A DNA stretch of 64,000 nucleotides from an uncultured Phycisphaerales bacterium (GCA_963844715.1 CAWJPJ010000008.1:576001-640000); one strand, 5' to 3'. Positions 39,110-51,266 are shown, numbered from the stretch's first letter. The notes: generated by a model from the sequence alone, not told the origin. Translations and numbers: made by a program.

Positions 39110-40616
39110 TCAAACCCAACCCAGGGATCGCTCCAGGGCTTTGTGCCAGCCTGCGATTCGCTTGTCTCTTTCTTCCTTGCTCATGGCTGGTTGCCAGGTG
39201 TGATCTTGTTGCCAGTGGCGGCGAAGTTCAGTCCAGTCGGACCAGAAACCGACCGCCAGGCCGGCGGCGTAGGCGGCGCCGAGGGCTGTGGTTTCTCGAA
39301 TTTTACTTCGGGTGACGGGGATGCCGAGGATGTCGGATTGGAATTGCATGAGGATCGCGTTGCCGGTCATGCCGCCGTCGACTTTCATGTGGGTGATGGT
39401 TTTTTCGGAATCGCGGGACATGGCGTCGGCGACGTCGCGGGTTTGATAGGCGACGGCTTCCAGGACGGCGCGGGCGAGGTGATGTTTATTCGCGTAAGCG
39501 GTGAGGCCGGCGATGAGGCCTCGGGCGTCGGAGGCGCCAGTAGGGGGCGAAGAGGCCGGAGAAGGCGGGCACGATGTAGACGCCGCCGCTGTCGGAATCG
39601 CCGGCGGCGAGGGTTTCGATCTCGGCGGCACTCTGGATCATGCCGAGTTTGTCGCGCATCCATTGGACGAGGGAGCCGGCGACGGCGACGGAGCCTTCGA
39701 GGGCGTATTGGGCGGGCTCGCCGGATTTTTGATAGGCGACCGTGGTGAGCAATCCGCTTTTGCTTTGAACGGGCGAGGTCCCCGTGTTCAAAAGCAAAAA
39801 GCAGCCGGTGCCGTAGGTGTTTTTGGATTCGCCGGGGTCGAAGCAGCATTGGCCGACGAGGGCGGCCTGTTGATCGCCGAGGTTTCCGCAGATAGGGACT
39901 CGCGCCCCCAGCGGTCCGTCGGGGAGGGTTGTGCCCCAGCCTTGCGGGTCGATGCTGGACGTGATCGCGGGGAGCATTTTTTCCTCGACGCCCATGATTT
40001 CGATCATCCGGCGATCCCATTGGAGGGTTTTGAGATCGAGGAGCAGGGTGCGCGAGGCGTTGGTGACGTCCGTGACGTGTCGGCCGCCGGATTTTCCGCC
40101 GGTGAGATTCCAGATGAGCCAGGAGTCGATGGTGCCGAAGAGGGCGTCTCCCTTTTTGGCCGCGGCGCGGGCATTAGGGACGTTGTCGAGAATCCATTTC
40201 AGCTTCGGCGCGGAAAAATAAGTTGCCAGGGGGAGGCCGGTGACGGGGCGGAAGCGATCGATGCCGGCGTCCTTGGCAAGATCGTCGCACATTGGTTTGG
40301 TGCGCGTGTCCTGCCAGACGATGGCGTTGCAGAGGGGCAGGCCGGTGTTGCGATCCCAAACAATTGTGGTTTCGCGCTGGTTGGTGATTCCCAGTGCGGC
40401 GATCTCGCCGGGTTTGGCGCCGGCGGTGGCGATGGCCTGGGCGACGAGTTTTTGCGTGGCGTGCCAGATTTCGATTGGGTCGTGCTCGACCCAGCCGCTT
40501 CTGGGGAAGATTTGCCGGTGTTCCTGCTGCGCGGTGGCGACGGGGCCGATCTGGTTAAAAATGATGCAGCGTGTGCTGGCGGTTCCCTGGTCGATTGCCG
40601 CGACGAATCGGGCCAT
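39110..40616 (-). CDS. glpK: Glycerol kinase (frameshift near 39533)
   Basis: [48 protein letters not shown] and ETTALGAA. Confidence 0.95.
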
Positions 40617-40623
40617 GGCGGGA

Positions 40624-43408
40624 TTATACCGGAGGCACGATGGCCCGCCCGCTCCAGGCCCGCCACCAGCGGGTCGCCAGCGTGGCCGCCGCGATGGCCG
40701 CGAAGACCAATAGTCCCACGGCGAATTTCGTCTGGTCGGAATACCAGACCGAGAAATCGGAAGTCAGCGGCACATTTCGCAGCAAAAGCACGGCCCAGAG
40801 GCTCGCCAGTGCGGCCACCAATCCGTACCGGACCAAAAGCAGCAGCATGAGTCCGGATACGATCAGCGATTCCACGATTTGCGGCGCGACCAGATCTTCC
40901 CATTGAATCCACAGACAGCCGACGAGCAGGATGAACGCCGCGCCGGCGGCCCATCTCCGCCGCAGGATCAGTTGCAGGAGCACCAGCAGGAGCAGATAGA
41001 GCAGTCCCATGTAAAGGGAAACCAATAGCGACCAGACCGCCATCGCCAGGCCGCTGTTGCGGGCGAGAAATTTCATCTGGTTGGTCATATTGGGAACGGA
41101 GGCGGCGTGGCCCATCCACATGGGTATCAGATTTCCCATGTCGATCAGGAGAACGATCGCCGAGGCGACCGCCAAACCGATGAGGACATGGGACGCCAGA
41201 AGGGGATCATTGAATTGATTGTTCAGCAGACGATTCCAGGAGATGACGGTTTCGGGCCAGATTCGGCGCACGTACGGCTCCAGCGCACAGATAGAAGAGC
41301 CAGACGATACCCGCGGGGACGAGGATGAAACCGAGGACGCGATAGAACATCGCGATTTCCACGGAAAGCTGCGGCACATGGCTGGAGGCGAGGAGCCAGA
41401 CCAGAATTCCCAGGAGCAGGAATGCGGCGGAAAGTTTGTGGGCGGCGGACGAGTCGCCGCGCCCGATGCGGAGATTGTGCCACGCCAGAAGGACGCCCAG
41501 GAGCGTGACGAGCAGAATTCCGACCTGGAAGCCGACGTTTCCGCGGCGAGCGCCCAGGACCGGCGGCAGGCCGGCGCGTTCGGCGTCCTGCTGCCAGGGC
41601 TCGAAGACGCTGAAGAAGACGCAGCGGCCGCTCAGGGCGGCGGCCTCGACGATCACATTGGATTTTGCGTCTTCGGGATAGTGCCCGCTCCAGGCGAAGC
41701 GAGAATCGGCATACATGGGCGGCGCCCAGGCCGGGGCGGCGGGGGAAAAATCGGAGAAATTCAAACCGGCGAGTTTGAATAGCGCGCTGAAGTCGGGGGC
41801 GGACTGAGTGTCGCCGCTGCCGGATTCTCCGATATCGGGCAGGATTTCCAGGCGGCGCAAGCGGCCCTGGGCATCGAGTTCAACCGTGCGCATTCCGGGT
41901 ACGGCGCGGGCGGGTTCGTCGAGGGTCACGACGCCGATGTCGTCGCGGGAAACCATCGGCTGCGGACTTTGGCGAAACCAATAGAGGACCACGCCGGAGC
42001 GCGGAGAGGCGATCCGGTCCCAGCGGTCGGGCATATCGTCGTGCTCGACGATCCAGTTGAGGAGTTCGGAATCGAGGCCGAATCCCTGCGCCTGGCCGAC
42101 CATGGGTTGGGTCAGGCCGACATCCGCCAGAGCATCGCGGGCCTTCTCCTGTAACACCGCCGGCGGCTCGACGAGGCCCATTCGGGGCAGCAGACTCGCG
42201 GAATTGGACAGCAAGGCGGCGACGACCAGGCCGGCAAGTGTGAGGATCAGCAGGATCAGCGCCCGCGAGCATTTCATTTCGACGTTTCCGCCGGCGGCGG
42301 CGACCATTTCAGGGGTGGGGGTTTCGCCGGCGGCAAGCGCCGCGGCGAGGGGGTCGCCGCCGGGAAGCGCGGCGGCGACCGCCAGGGCGCTGGAGGGGCG
42401 GCGTGCGGGGTCTTTTTCCAGGCAGCGCAGGATCACGCGCTCGACGATCGGGTCGAGGTCCGCGATGAAAGTGGATGGTTGCGTGGGGAACGTTTTCTCG
42501 TGCAGCTTTGCGTATTCGAGAACGGAATTGGCGCTGAAAACCTGACGGCCCGTGAAGAGTTCGTAGAGGACCAGACCCAGGGAATAAATATCGCTGCGAA
42601 TGGTGGACTGATGCGACGTGAATTGCTCGGGGGCCATATAAGCGGGGGTTCCGGCTGCTGAGTTTGCCGATGCATCGCCGGCGGGGGTTGAGATGCCGAA
42701 ATCGGTGATGCGCACCTGGCCGCGCCCGTCGATCATGACATTGGCGGGTTTCAGATCGCGATGCAGGACGCCCCGATCATGCGCGGCGGCGAGTCCGGCG
42801 CAGAGCTGCCGGGCGATTTGAAGGGCCTTGTCGCCGGGCAGTCTTCCGATGCGGCGCAGCAGGGAGGAGAGATCCTCCCCGTCGACGAATTCCATGGTGA
42901 TGAACTGTTCCCCGTCGACGGCGCCGAGATCAAAAATACGGCAGACATTCGGATGCGTCACTTGGCGGCTCATGCGCACTTCGTTGTGAAATCGCTCCAG
43001 CCAGTCCGGATCGTTGGCGAATCCTCGCGGCAGAAATTTCAGGGCGACGACTTGTTCGAGGGTCATGTCGTCAGCCCGGTAAACCTCCCCCATGCCTCCG
43101 ATGCCGAGCAGGCTGACGATGCGATAGCGCTGATCGATGACCGTGCCGGGGGCGAAGCGGGATTTGATCGTCGATCGGGCGTCGCCGCTGGACAGAGGGC
43201 CGACGGCGTCGACCTCGGTGTTCATGGTCACAGGGGATTTGGAAATTTCGTCGGCGCGGCGATGCGATTCCAGGAGCGAGCGAACCTCGGCGGCAAGTTC
43301 CTCATCCTCCCCGCAAAGCTCGGTGACGGCGCGGTCCTGATCCTCGGGCGAGCGGGAGCACACCATCAGGAAAATCTCTTTGACCTGTTTGTATTGCTCG
43401 GAGTCCAT
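40624..43408 (-). CDS. Membrane Hanks-type Ser/Thr protein kinase (frameshift near 41285)
   Basis: [25 protein letters not shown] and GTPAYMAPE, followed by a TM, an extracytoplasmic domain and a multi-TM C-terminus. Confidence 0.9.
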
Positions 43409-43431
43409 CGGGTGTTGGATCTGATTCTAGC

Positions 43432-43998
43432 CTAGCGGCTCAATTCGCGCAGGAGCCAGGCGCGGGCCATGGTCCAATCCCCTTCAACGGTGCGGGTGGA
43501 AACCTTGAGTTGCTCGGCGACTTCCTTGACGCTGAGCCCGCCGAAAAACCGCATCTCGACGACCTGCGCCTGACGGGGATCGAGCTTGGCGAGCCTTTCC
43601 AGAGCTTCGTCGAGGGCCAGAATCTCCTCGTCCCTTTGGGGAGCCAGGGCCACCGCGTCGTCCAGGGTGACGCGAGCCGCGCCGCCGCCGCGTTTGCGGC
43701 GTTTGTGCTGGCGGGCGTGATCGACCAGTATGCGGCGAATGATCTGAGCGCCGATGGCGAAGAAATGGGTTCGCCCCTGCCATTGGACGCGGGTCTGGTC
43801 GATGAGCTTGAGATAGGCTTCGTGAACGAGAGCCGTCGGCTGGAGGGTGTGATTGGGGCGCTCGCTGCGCAGATGTTGCGCGGCCAGGGCGCGCAGTTCA
43901 TCATAGACCAGGGGCATGAGTTTTTGCGCGGCGGCGGGGTCGCCGTCGTGGACGCCGGCCAGAAGCTTCGTGATCTGTTTGGAAGTTTCCGCCGCCAT
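43432..43998 (-). CDS. ECF sigma factor (TIGR02999/ECF43-like, kinase-associated)
   Basis: LVYDELRALA...HTLQPTALVHEAY...RRILVDHAR...KRGG...DWTMARAWL; directly upstream of the kinase. Confidence 0.9.
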   Translation of the reverse strand: MAAETSKQITKLLAGVHDGDPAAAQKLMPLVYDELRALAAQHLRSERPNHTLQPTALVHEAYLKLIDQTRVQWQGRTHFFAIGAQIIRRILVDHARQHKRRKRGGGAARVTLDDAVALAPQRDEEILALDEALERLAKLDPRQAQVVEMRFFGGLSVKEVAEQLKVSTRTVEGDWTMARAWLLRELSR

Positions 43999-44019
43999 TC
44001 ACTTGCCGATTTAAGAATA

Positions 44020-45766
44020 TCAAACCGTCTGCGGCTGGTGCGATTTTTCCTCGCTGTACGTCACCGCCGCGGCACAGAATCCCATGAAAAGTGGAGAGGG
44101 CCGCAGGGGCCGGCTGGTCAGTTCCGGATGCGCCTGAGTCCCGACGAAATACGGATGCATCTCCTGCGGCAATTCGAGGATCTGCATGATCGGCTGTTTG
44201 GGGTGCTTGCCGCTGAAGATCATGCCGTGCTCTTCGAGGGTGGGGACGTATTTGGGGTCGACTTCGTAGCGATGCCGGAAACGCAGGCGGATGGTCTTGG
44301 CGTTGTTGAACAGCTTCGCGGCGAGGGTGTCGGGTTTGAGTTCGACGTCTTTGCCGCCGAGTCGCATGTTTCCGCCCAGACCTTCGATTTTTTTTTGCTC
44401 CGGCAGGATGTCGATCACGGGTTGCTTGCAGGATTTTGTCGAATTCGGTGCTGTTGGCCCCTTCGATTCCGCAGGCGTTGCGGGCAAATTCGATCACCGC
44501 CATCTGGAAGCCGAGACACAGGCCGAGATAGGGCATTTTGTTTTCGCGAGCGTAGCGGATGCACTCGATTTTGCCCTCGGTGCCGCGGACGCCAAAGCCG
44601 CCGGGAACGATGATTCCGTGACAGTCGGCCAGTTTCTTGGCGACATTGCTGGCGTCAATGGCTGTGGTGTCGATCCAGTTGAAGTTGACGTTGATCCCCA
44701 GATGCACGCCGCAATGCTCGGCGGATTTGATGATGGACGCGTAGGCATCGCGAAGAGACGTGTATTTTCCGGTGACGGCGATGGTGATCTCTTTCCTCGC
44801 CTTTCCGATGCGGTCGACAAACCATCGCCAGTTGAGGCGGGCCTGATCTTCCTTGGTCTGATCGACGCGATCGTGAAGGTTCAGGAGGGTCAGGACTTCG
44901 CGATCCATCCCGGCGTTGCGCAAGGCCTCGGGAATCGTGTAGATGCTGTCGACATCGTGCATGGTCACGACGCGCTTCATCGGCACGTTGGTGTACATCG
45001 AAATCTTTTCGCGGACTTTTTCCTTGACGGGATTCGAAGCGCGGCAGGCGATGATGTGGGGCATGATGCCGACTTCCATCAAGCGCTTGATCCCGAGTTG
45101 CGCGGCCTTCGATTTCTGCTCGCCGAGAGCCCCGGGTTCCAGCACATAGGTGAGCACGACGAAGACAACCGAGTTCTCCCCCTCTTCATAAGCCAATTGG
45201 CGGCAGGCTTCGAGATATGCCTGGTTCTCAAAGTCGCCGACGGTGCCGCCGACTTCGACGAAGACGACGTCGGCATTGGATTTGGCGGCCAGTTCGCGCA
45301 GCCGCAGTTTCACTTCGCCGGTGACGTGGGGGATGAACTGCACATCGCGGCCGAGGTAAGCGCCATCGCGCTCTTTCTTGAGCACGGCCGAGAGGATCTG
45401 GCCGTTGGTCGTGAAATTCGCGGCGGAGAGGTCCTGATCGAGGAGCCGTTCATAGGTGCCCAGATCCATGTCGGTTTCCATGCCGTCGTCGAGGACGAAA
45501 ACTTCGCCATGGCGATAGGGGTTGAGGGTCCCGCTGTCGATGTTGTAGTACCCCTCCATCTTGATCGGGGCGACGCGCAGGCCCTTGTCTTGCAGGAGCT
45601 TGGCGAGGGAGGACGAGAAGATTCCCTTCCCCAGCCCGCTCATGACGGTCCCGACGACGACCACGTATTTATGGTGGCCCTTGCGGTACCCTTCGGGCAT
45701 CGGCGTATAAAACTCCGTCTCCTCGGTCGATTGCCCGATCTTGTAAAGTAATTCTTCGTTGCTCAT
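44020..45766 (-). CDS. pyrG: CTP synthase (frameshift near 44425)
   Basis: VMSGLGKG, HGEVFV, DLGTYER, VPGGFG, GLCLGFQ, RHRYEV and QAHPE. Confidence 0.96.
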
Positions 45767-45774
45767 TGGTTTTA

Positions 45775-45849
45775 ATAGTTGCCAGTTGCTAGTTGTTGGT
45801 TGCTAGTGAAGAAGCCCACTAGCAACCAACAACTAGCAACTGGCAACTT
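45775..45849. repeat. Heptamer-armed palindrome, family B
   Basis: TAGTTGCCAGTTGCTAGTTG...CAACTAGCAACTGGCAACT; supplies the kdsB stop codon. Confidence 0.7.
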
Positions 45850-46573
45850 CCTTATATCTTTTTGTAAATTCCTGGTACTGCTCCAATGTATCAATTCCAT
45901 GTACGGCTCTTCGCGTGCGGATCACGTGGATCGATCTCCCGTGCTCCAGCACGCGCAGCTGCTCCAATTTTTCGCTCATTTCCAGGGCGGTCGGGCGCCA
46001 GGAGGCGAATTCGAGCAGGAATTCGCGCTGATAGGCGTAAATGCCCTGATGTAAATAATACGCCGCCTGGGACCGGTTCGTCGAATCACGCAAAAAGGGG
46101 ATCGGCGACCGCGAGAAGTAGAGGGCCCGGCCGTCCAGATCAAAGACGACCTTGACCAGGTTCGGGTCTGCCGGGTCGGCATTGGCGGGAAAGGGCGTGG
46201 CGGCAGTGGCCATGTCGTCGTCGCTCGATTCGAGGCGGCGGACGAGCTGATCGATCGTGTTGGGATCGATCTCCGGCTCATCGCCCTGTACGTTCACGAT
46301 AATTTCATCCGAAAGCCCGCGCGCCACTTCCGCGACTCGATCCGTCCCGCTGGCGTGATCGTCGCGGGTCATCACGCAGCGCGTTCCAAAAGGGCGAAGC
46401 GCCTCGACGACGCGCGCGTCGTCCGTGGCCACGATCACTTCGCGCACGCCCTGGCTTTGGCGGGCTCGGTCCACGACGTGCTGGACCAGAGGCTTGCCGG
46501 TTTCACTGGCGATAATTTTCCCGGGAAAACGTGTGGACCCAAACCGCGCAGGAATGATCGCTACCGCAGCCAA
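45833..46573 (-). CDS. kdsB: 3-deoxy-manno-octulosonate cytidylyltransferase
   Basis: IIPARFGSTRFPGK, SGTDR, VNVQGDEP, ALYFSR and EKLEQLR. Confidence 0.95.
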   Translation of the reverse strand: MAAVAIIPARFGSTRFPGKIIASETGKPLVQHVVDRARQSQGVREVIVATDDARVVEALRPFGTRCVMTRDDHASGTDRVAEVARGLSDEIIVNVQGDEPEIDPNTIDQLVRRLESSDDDMATAATPFPANADPADPNLVKVVFDLDGRALYFSRSPIPFLRDSTNRSQAAYYLHQGIYAYQREFLLEFASWRPTALEMSEKLEQLRVLEHGRSIHVIRTRRAVHGIDTLEQYQEFTKRYKEVASC

Positions 46574-46736
46574 AGTCGATCCTCAAAATGCATGTCCGGG
46601 TCAACTCAGAACTGCAGGGCGAAGATACGGGAAGGGGGGTGGGGCGTCAAGAAATCGTTAGGGTTGGCGTCAGGATGCTCAGAAAACGCGGGTGGGGGCG
46701 ATCTATACGGATCCGAGTTTACATTAGCGCTCCTTC

Positions 46737-46782
46737 TGCTCCCTCCCTCGGTACTCCGGGGGAGGGTTGGGGGAGGGGGGCG
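46737..46782. repeat. C-rich/G-rich REP-like palindrome
   Basis: CTCCCTCCCTCGGTACTCCGGGGGAGGGTTGGGGGAGGGGG in an intergenic region. Confidence 0.45.
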
Positions 46783-46828
46783 AGCGCGATTCCGGTGGGA
46801 TCCATGTTAGTGGCGTTATAATAGGGAA

Positions 46829-47569
46829 ATGACATTAGCGGCCGTCTTTCAGGACGCGGTCGATTTTCTTTATCCAAGACGTTGCGCATCTTGCTCGGGG
46901 ACCGGCGACGATGCGCACTTCTGCGCGGAATGTGCGGGGCAGTTGGAATCCTCGGCCAACATCAACTGCTGCCCGCGATGCGCCATGCCGATCCCGGAAG
47001 GGGCGGCGTGCGGGTATTGCGAGGGGGGCGGAGTTTATCCATTTGAGTCAATTGTCGCGGCCGGGCTCTTCCGCCATCGGATGCGTAATCTGGTTCACCA
47101 GATGAAGTACCATCATCGTTGGCCGGTGGCGGAGATTCTGGCGGATTGGATGCTGGGCAATCCGCGGATCGCTTCGGTGGTGGGGCAAACGGATTGTCTG
47201 GTGCCGATCCCCTTGCACTTTTCCAGGCAGATTGCCCGGGGTTACAACCAGGCGGAAGCGCTGGCGCGCCAGCTTGGAAGGCAAACGGGGGTTCCCGTGA
47301 TCCGCCCGATTGTGCGGTTGCGCAACACGCCGCCGCAGGCGAACATCCGCGCCCGGCATGATCGCGACGCGAACGTTCATCAGGCGTTTGGACTGGTCGC
47401 CCCGGCGAAGATTCGGGGAAAGCGGGTTACGCTGGTGGATGACGTGATGACCACCGGCGCAACCCTTGGAGCCGCCGCCCGGGCGATTTTGCCGGCTGAT
47501 CCGGCGGCGATTAACGCCGTCGTGCTGGCGATAGCCGACCCCAAGCGGCGCGATTTCCAGACGATTTAG
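46829..47569 (+). CDS. comF: ComF-family phosphoribosyltransferase with double zinc ribbon
   Basis: CxxC pairs, VPIPLH...RGYNQA and LVDDVMTTGATL. Confidence 0.88.
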   Translation: MTLAAVFQDAVDFLYPRRCASCSGTGDDAHFCAECAGQLESSANINCCPRCAMPIPEGAACGYCEGGGVYPFESIVAAGLFRHRMRNLVHQMKYHHRWPVAEILADWMLGNPRIASVVGQTDCLVPIPLHFSRQIARGYNQAEALARQLGRQTGVPVIRPIVRLRNTPPQANIRARHDRDANVHQAFGLVAPAKIRGKRVTLVDDVMTTGATLGAAARAILPADPAAINAVVLAIADPKRRDFQTI

Positions 47570-47659
47570 AGGCCATTGCCTCTTGCAACTCCGGGACAAC
47601 ACGTTAACTTTATAGACGTAATGGATTAGGCCAATCGTCAACCAGGCGAGAACTGCTAC

Positions 47660-48493
47660 ATGGAGGTAGCCCCCGTGAAATCTTCCAGCAGGATCATCCC
47701 AGTCGTAAATCGAATCGTAATCGGCATCGCAGCCATCGGCTCGCTTTGCATGCTCGCCGCTTGCGGGACGGACATGCTCACTTACGCGCAGGACGCCAAG
47801 TGCGCGGGGATCGGGCAATATAACGACGGCAATTACTCCGACGCCGTAGGGTCTTTCCGCAGCGCGGTGAGACAGGACCCGACCGACGCGGAAGCCGAAT
47901 ATTGGCTTGGACTGAGCTACGAGCAGACGCAAAACTATCACGAAGCGATCAACGCCTATAAGACCTCGCTGGCGGTCATGCCGGAATGGGGCAGCGCCCG
48001 GTTCAATCGCCAATTGCACGACAAGGCGTTCGATCGGCTCGCTTGCGTGGTCGCCCTGCACGACTCGACGAATACCGAGATCGATCTGATCAACACGACC
48101 GCCGCCGCACAGAAGTCGGACATCGACTACTGGCTGCTGGGGCGGGTCTTCCGCTATCGCGGCGACGCCGACACGGCAATGGACGATTACCATCGCTCGA
48201 TCCAATTGAACCCCGACAACTTCGTCGTGCAGAAAGAACTGGGGCTCTATCTGGAGCAGCTCGGGCAGATTCAGGAAGCGTCCGCCGTTCTGCGCGACGC
48301 ATATCGGCTGAATCAGTATGACGATCAGGTGAACCAGGCGCTGCGAAACGTGGGGATGACGCCGGGTCCGGGGCTTTATCCGCAGGATGCGCCGAAGCAG
48401 CTTCCGCCGGCCGCGCCGGATGTGGATACGCCCGCGGCGCCTGCGGCGCAAGTATCCGGACCGGATCAGCAGATTCCGGCTCCGAAGGATTGA
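47660..48493 (+). CDS. TPR-repeat lipoprotein
   Basis: Lipobox MLAAC, several TPR-like repeats (AEAEYWLGLSYEQ...AINAYK) and a Pro-rich tail. Confidence 0.7.
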   Translation: MEVAPVKSSSRIIPVVNRIVIGIAAIGSLCMLAACGTDMLTYAQDAKCAGIGQYNDGNYSDAVGSFRSAVRQDPTDAEAEYWLGLSYEQTQNYHEAINAYKTSLAVMPEWGSARFNRQLHDKAFDRLACVVALHDSTNTEIDLINTTAAAQKSDIDYWLLGRVFRYRGDADTAMDDYHRSIQLNPDNFVVQKELGLYLEQLGQIQEASAVLRDAYRLNQYDDQVNQALRNVGMTPGPGLYPQDAPKQLPPAAPDVDTPAAPAAQVSGPDQQIPAPKD

Positions 48494-48500
48494 AAAACAG

Positions 48501-49205
48501 CTAGATTTTCGGTGTTTCCACCTGCAGCCGCGGGATTTGCTTATGCACTTCCCGCGGCTGGAGCGCTTTTACGACCCAATCCGCTTCCGTCAATTGATCG
48601 GCATCATAGGTTGTCGCGACGGCCAGAACTTTGAATCCCGCCGCTTTGGCGGATTTGATCACGGTCGGCGCGTCTTCGATAACAAGGCAATCGGCGGGTT
48701 TGATGGGTTTCCCGATTTTTTCCGAGAGCAGCTTGGCGCAGAGGATGTATCCCCGTGGGTCGGGCTTTCCGACGGCGACGTCCTGGGCGGCGACGATGAC
48801 GCCGAAGCAATCGCGCAAGCCGATGCCTTCGAGCATGGCTTCGATTTCCTCGCGCAGTGCGCCGGAGCAAATGCCCAGGGGGTAATTTCGCCACAGGCCG
48901 CGGATGAATTCCTCGACGCCGGGGAGGGCCTTGTAATGGTTCTGTTCGATCAGCTCCATCATGATTTCGCTTTTGCGGGTCATGAGTCGCAGCAGGGTTT
49001 TGGGCTCGAGGGGGAGATTGCGGGTTTTATAAATGTGTTCGATGGCGCCGCGGTCGTCGAAACCGATCAGATCGCGGTAGTATTCTTCGGAGGTCAGGTC
49101 GATCTTTTCCTCCGCGAGGGCTTTGACGAAGGCCTGGAGATGGAGGGGTTCGCTGTTGACGATGACCCCGTCAAAATCGAAGAGAATCGCGGTCGGCCAG
49201 GACAT
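48501..49205 (-). CDS. HAD-superfamily phosphatase (beta-PGM-like)
   Basis: FDFDGVIVNSE, GKPDP and IEDAP motifs. Confidence 0.88.
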   Translation of the reverse strand: MSWPTAILFDFDGVIVNSEPLHLQAFVKALAEEKIDLTSEEYYRDLIGFDDRGAIEHIYKTRNLPLEPKTLLRLMTRKSEIMMELIEQNHYKALPGVEEFIRGLWRNYPLGICSGALREEIEAMLEGIGLRDCFGVIVAAQDVAVGKPDPRGYILCAKLLSEKIGKPIKPADCLVIEDAPTVIKSAKAAGFKVLAVATTYDADQLTEADWVVKALQPREVHKQIPRLQVETPKI

Positions 49206-49608
49206 GGGCGCAGAACGTATCGGGGGTAACAGGGCGTGGCAAGGCTGGACAGGTCCGATATTGGGCTCGTCCCGTAAAACGGCGGGACCAAAATTGCCAA
49301 GGCCGACGTTGCTTTAATATGGGTAGTCTGGGTATTCTATGAAGACTTTGAGGGCGCGGAAATAGGGCCCTGGAAAGGTAAAAATCTGCGCCTTCGAGGG
49401 TCGATGGATGTTAAGCTGTTACGATGGAATGGGTTAGGTAAATTTCAGATTGTGTTTCAGGGTTTCAAGAGGCACAAGGGGTAGAGTCGATGAGGAGATC
49501 ACACGGCTGATGCTTGAGGACGAGGATTGGCGATGGAGTCGCCAGCTCGTTCGTGCCGATTGGTGTGCCAGACCTTCAAGGTCAGCCGACTAAAACGCGG
49601 AGCGATCC

Positions 49609-49890
49609 ATGAGCCAGATCGACCAAGTCGCCGGCAACTCGCCGGTACAGAATATCGTTTCCAACCCCGTCCAGAAGCAGATTCCCGCCGACGCCCCGAC
49701 GCAAGTCCCGGCGACCGACCAGCTGGAACTCTCCGGCGTCAGCCATATGCTGACGGCGCTGCAGACAAATAACATCCGCACCGACAAAGTCTCCGACATC
49801 CGCCAGCAACTGGATGCGGGAACTTATGACGCGGATGGATCGAAGTTGGATGGAGCGGTGGATAAGCTGCTGGATGAACTCACGAAATAG
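49609..49890 (+). CDS. flgM: Anti-sigma-28 factor FlgM
   Basis: Small protein with DQLELS...IRTDKVSDIRQQLDAGTY...KL; GGAG RBS. Confidence 0.8.
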   Translation: MSQIDQVAGNSPVQNIVSNPVQKQIPADAPTQVPATDQLELSGVSHMLTALQTNNIRTDKVSDIRQQLDAGTYDADGSKLDGAVDKLLDELTK

Positions 49891-49966
49891 AGACGAAGAG
49901 ACAAAGAGACGGAGAGACGAAGTGAATTCGCGGACACACTTCGTCTCTCCGTCTCTTTGTCTCTCG
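49890..49966. repeat. Octamer-armed palindrome, family C
   Basis: (AGAGACNN)n GAAGTG...CACTTC (NNGTCTCT)n; a second copy lies at 53533. Confidence 0.75.
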
Positions 49967-49975
49967 ATCTCTTCC

Positions 49976-51171
49976 TCAGGTGTGATAATCCGCATTGATC
50001 CGCACATAGTCTCGCGACAGGTCGCAGGTCCAGACTGTCGCGGTCGATTTGCCTGATCCGCAGCGCAGATCCACGACCACTTCTTTTTTCGCAAGCAAGC
50101 GGCTGGTTTTGGCGGGGTTGAAGGGGGCGGGGCGGCCCCGCATAAACACCGTTGTGCCTTGAAGCTTCAATAAACTTGTATCGGGGTTGAATCGCACGCC
50201 GCATTTTCCGGCGGCGGAGATGATTCGGCCCCAGTTTGGATCGTTGCCGTGCATGGCGCATTTCACCAGGGGTGAATTGGCGATCGAACGCGCGATGGCC
50301 TTGGCATCGGCCTCGGTTTTTGCGCCGCTCACCTGGACGCGAACCACTTTCGTCGCGCCTTCGCCATCGGCGGCGATTTGGCGCGCTAAATCCTGACAAA
50401 CTTCCTGCAGCGCGGCGGCGAAAAGTTTTTGGGATCGCGCCGAGGCGATCTCGGCTCCCAAACCGGATGCGAGAATCGCCAGGGTGTCGTTGGTGCTCAT
50501 GTGATCGTCGACGGTCACGGCGTTAAAGCTCTCCTCCGCCGCGGCGGAGAGCAATCGACGCAACAGGCCGGCGGAAATCGCTGCGTCGGTGGTCAGATAC
50601 GCGAGCATGGTCGCGTGAGGGGCGAGCTGGGGGCCGATCATTCCCGAGCCTTTGCAGACGCCGGCTAGCGTGAAGGAGTCTTTTCCGAGACGCACTCGCA
50701 CGACCGCGCTTTTCTGGACCAGGTCGGTGGTGAGAATGGCGGCGGCGAATTGATGGGCGTGGGAGGCGCTGGTTCCGAGATTCTGCGCGGCGGCGGCGAT
50801 GCCGCGCTCGACTTTGTCCATAGGCAGGAAATGCCCGATGATTCCGGTGGAGGAGGGGAGAATCAGGGCGGGGGAGGTATCGGCGACTTTTGCGGCCAGC
50901 CGGCACATTTCCAGGGCGTCGCGCCGCCCGCGGGTTCCCGTGCAGGCGTTGGCGTTTCCGGAATTCAGGACGATGCCGCGGAGTTTCCCGCCGGCGACGT
51001 GCTTGGCGCCGATGAGGATGGGGGCGGCTTTGACGGTGTTGGTGGTGAAGACGGCGGCGGCCGTCGCAGTGCGGTCGCAGAGCAGGAGCGCGACGTCCAG
51101 TTTTCCGCTGGTTTTGATGCCGGCGGCAGTTGCGCCGCGCGGAAACCGATTGGTGAAAGCAAGTGGAGCAT
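49976..51171 (-). CDS. argJ: Bifunctional ornithine acetyltransferase ArgJ (frameshift near 51135)
   Basis: AGIK, NSGNANACTG, SSTGIIG, KGSGMI, ATML, DDHMSTNDT, DGEGATK, DPNWGRI and YVRINADYHT. Confidence 0.93.
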
Positions 51172-51266
51172 GGGCCGGGGAGAATACAGGATGGGATCAT
51201 CGCATGCGAGCGTCTTTGGTTTTGCGGTGAACCTGATCTATACTGATGCGCGGCGGAAAGAAGAGG

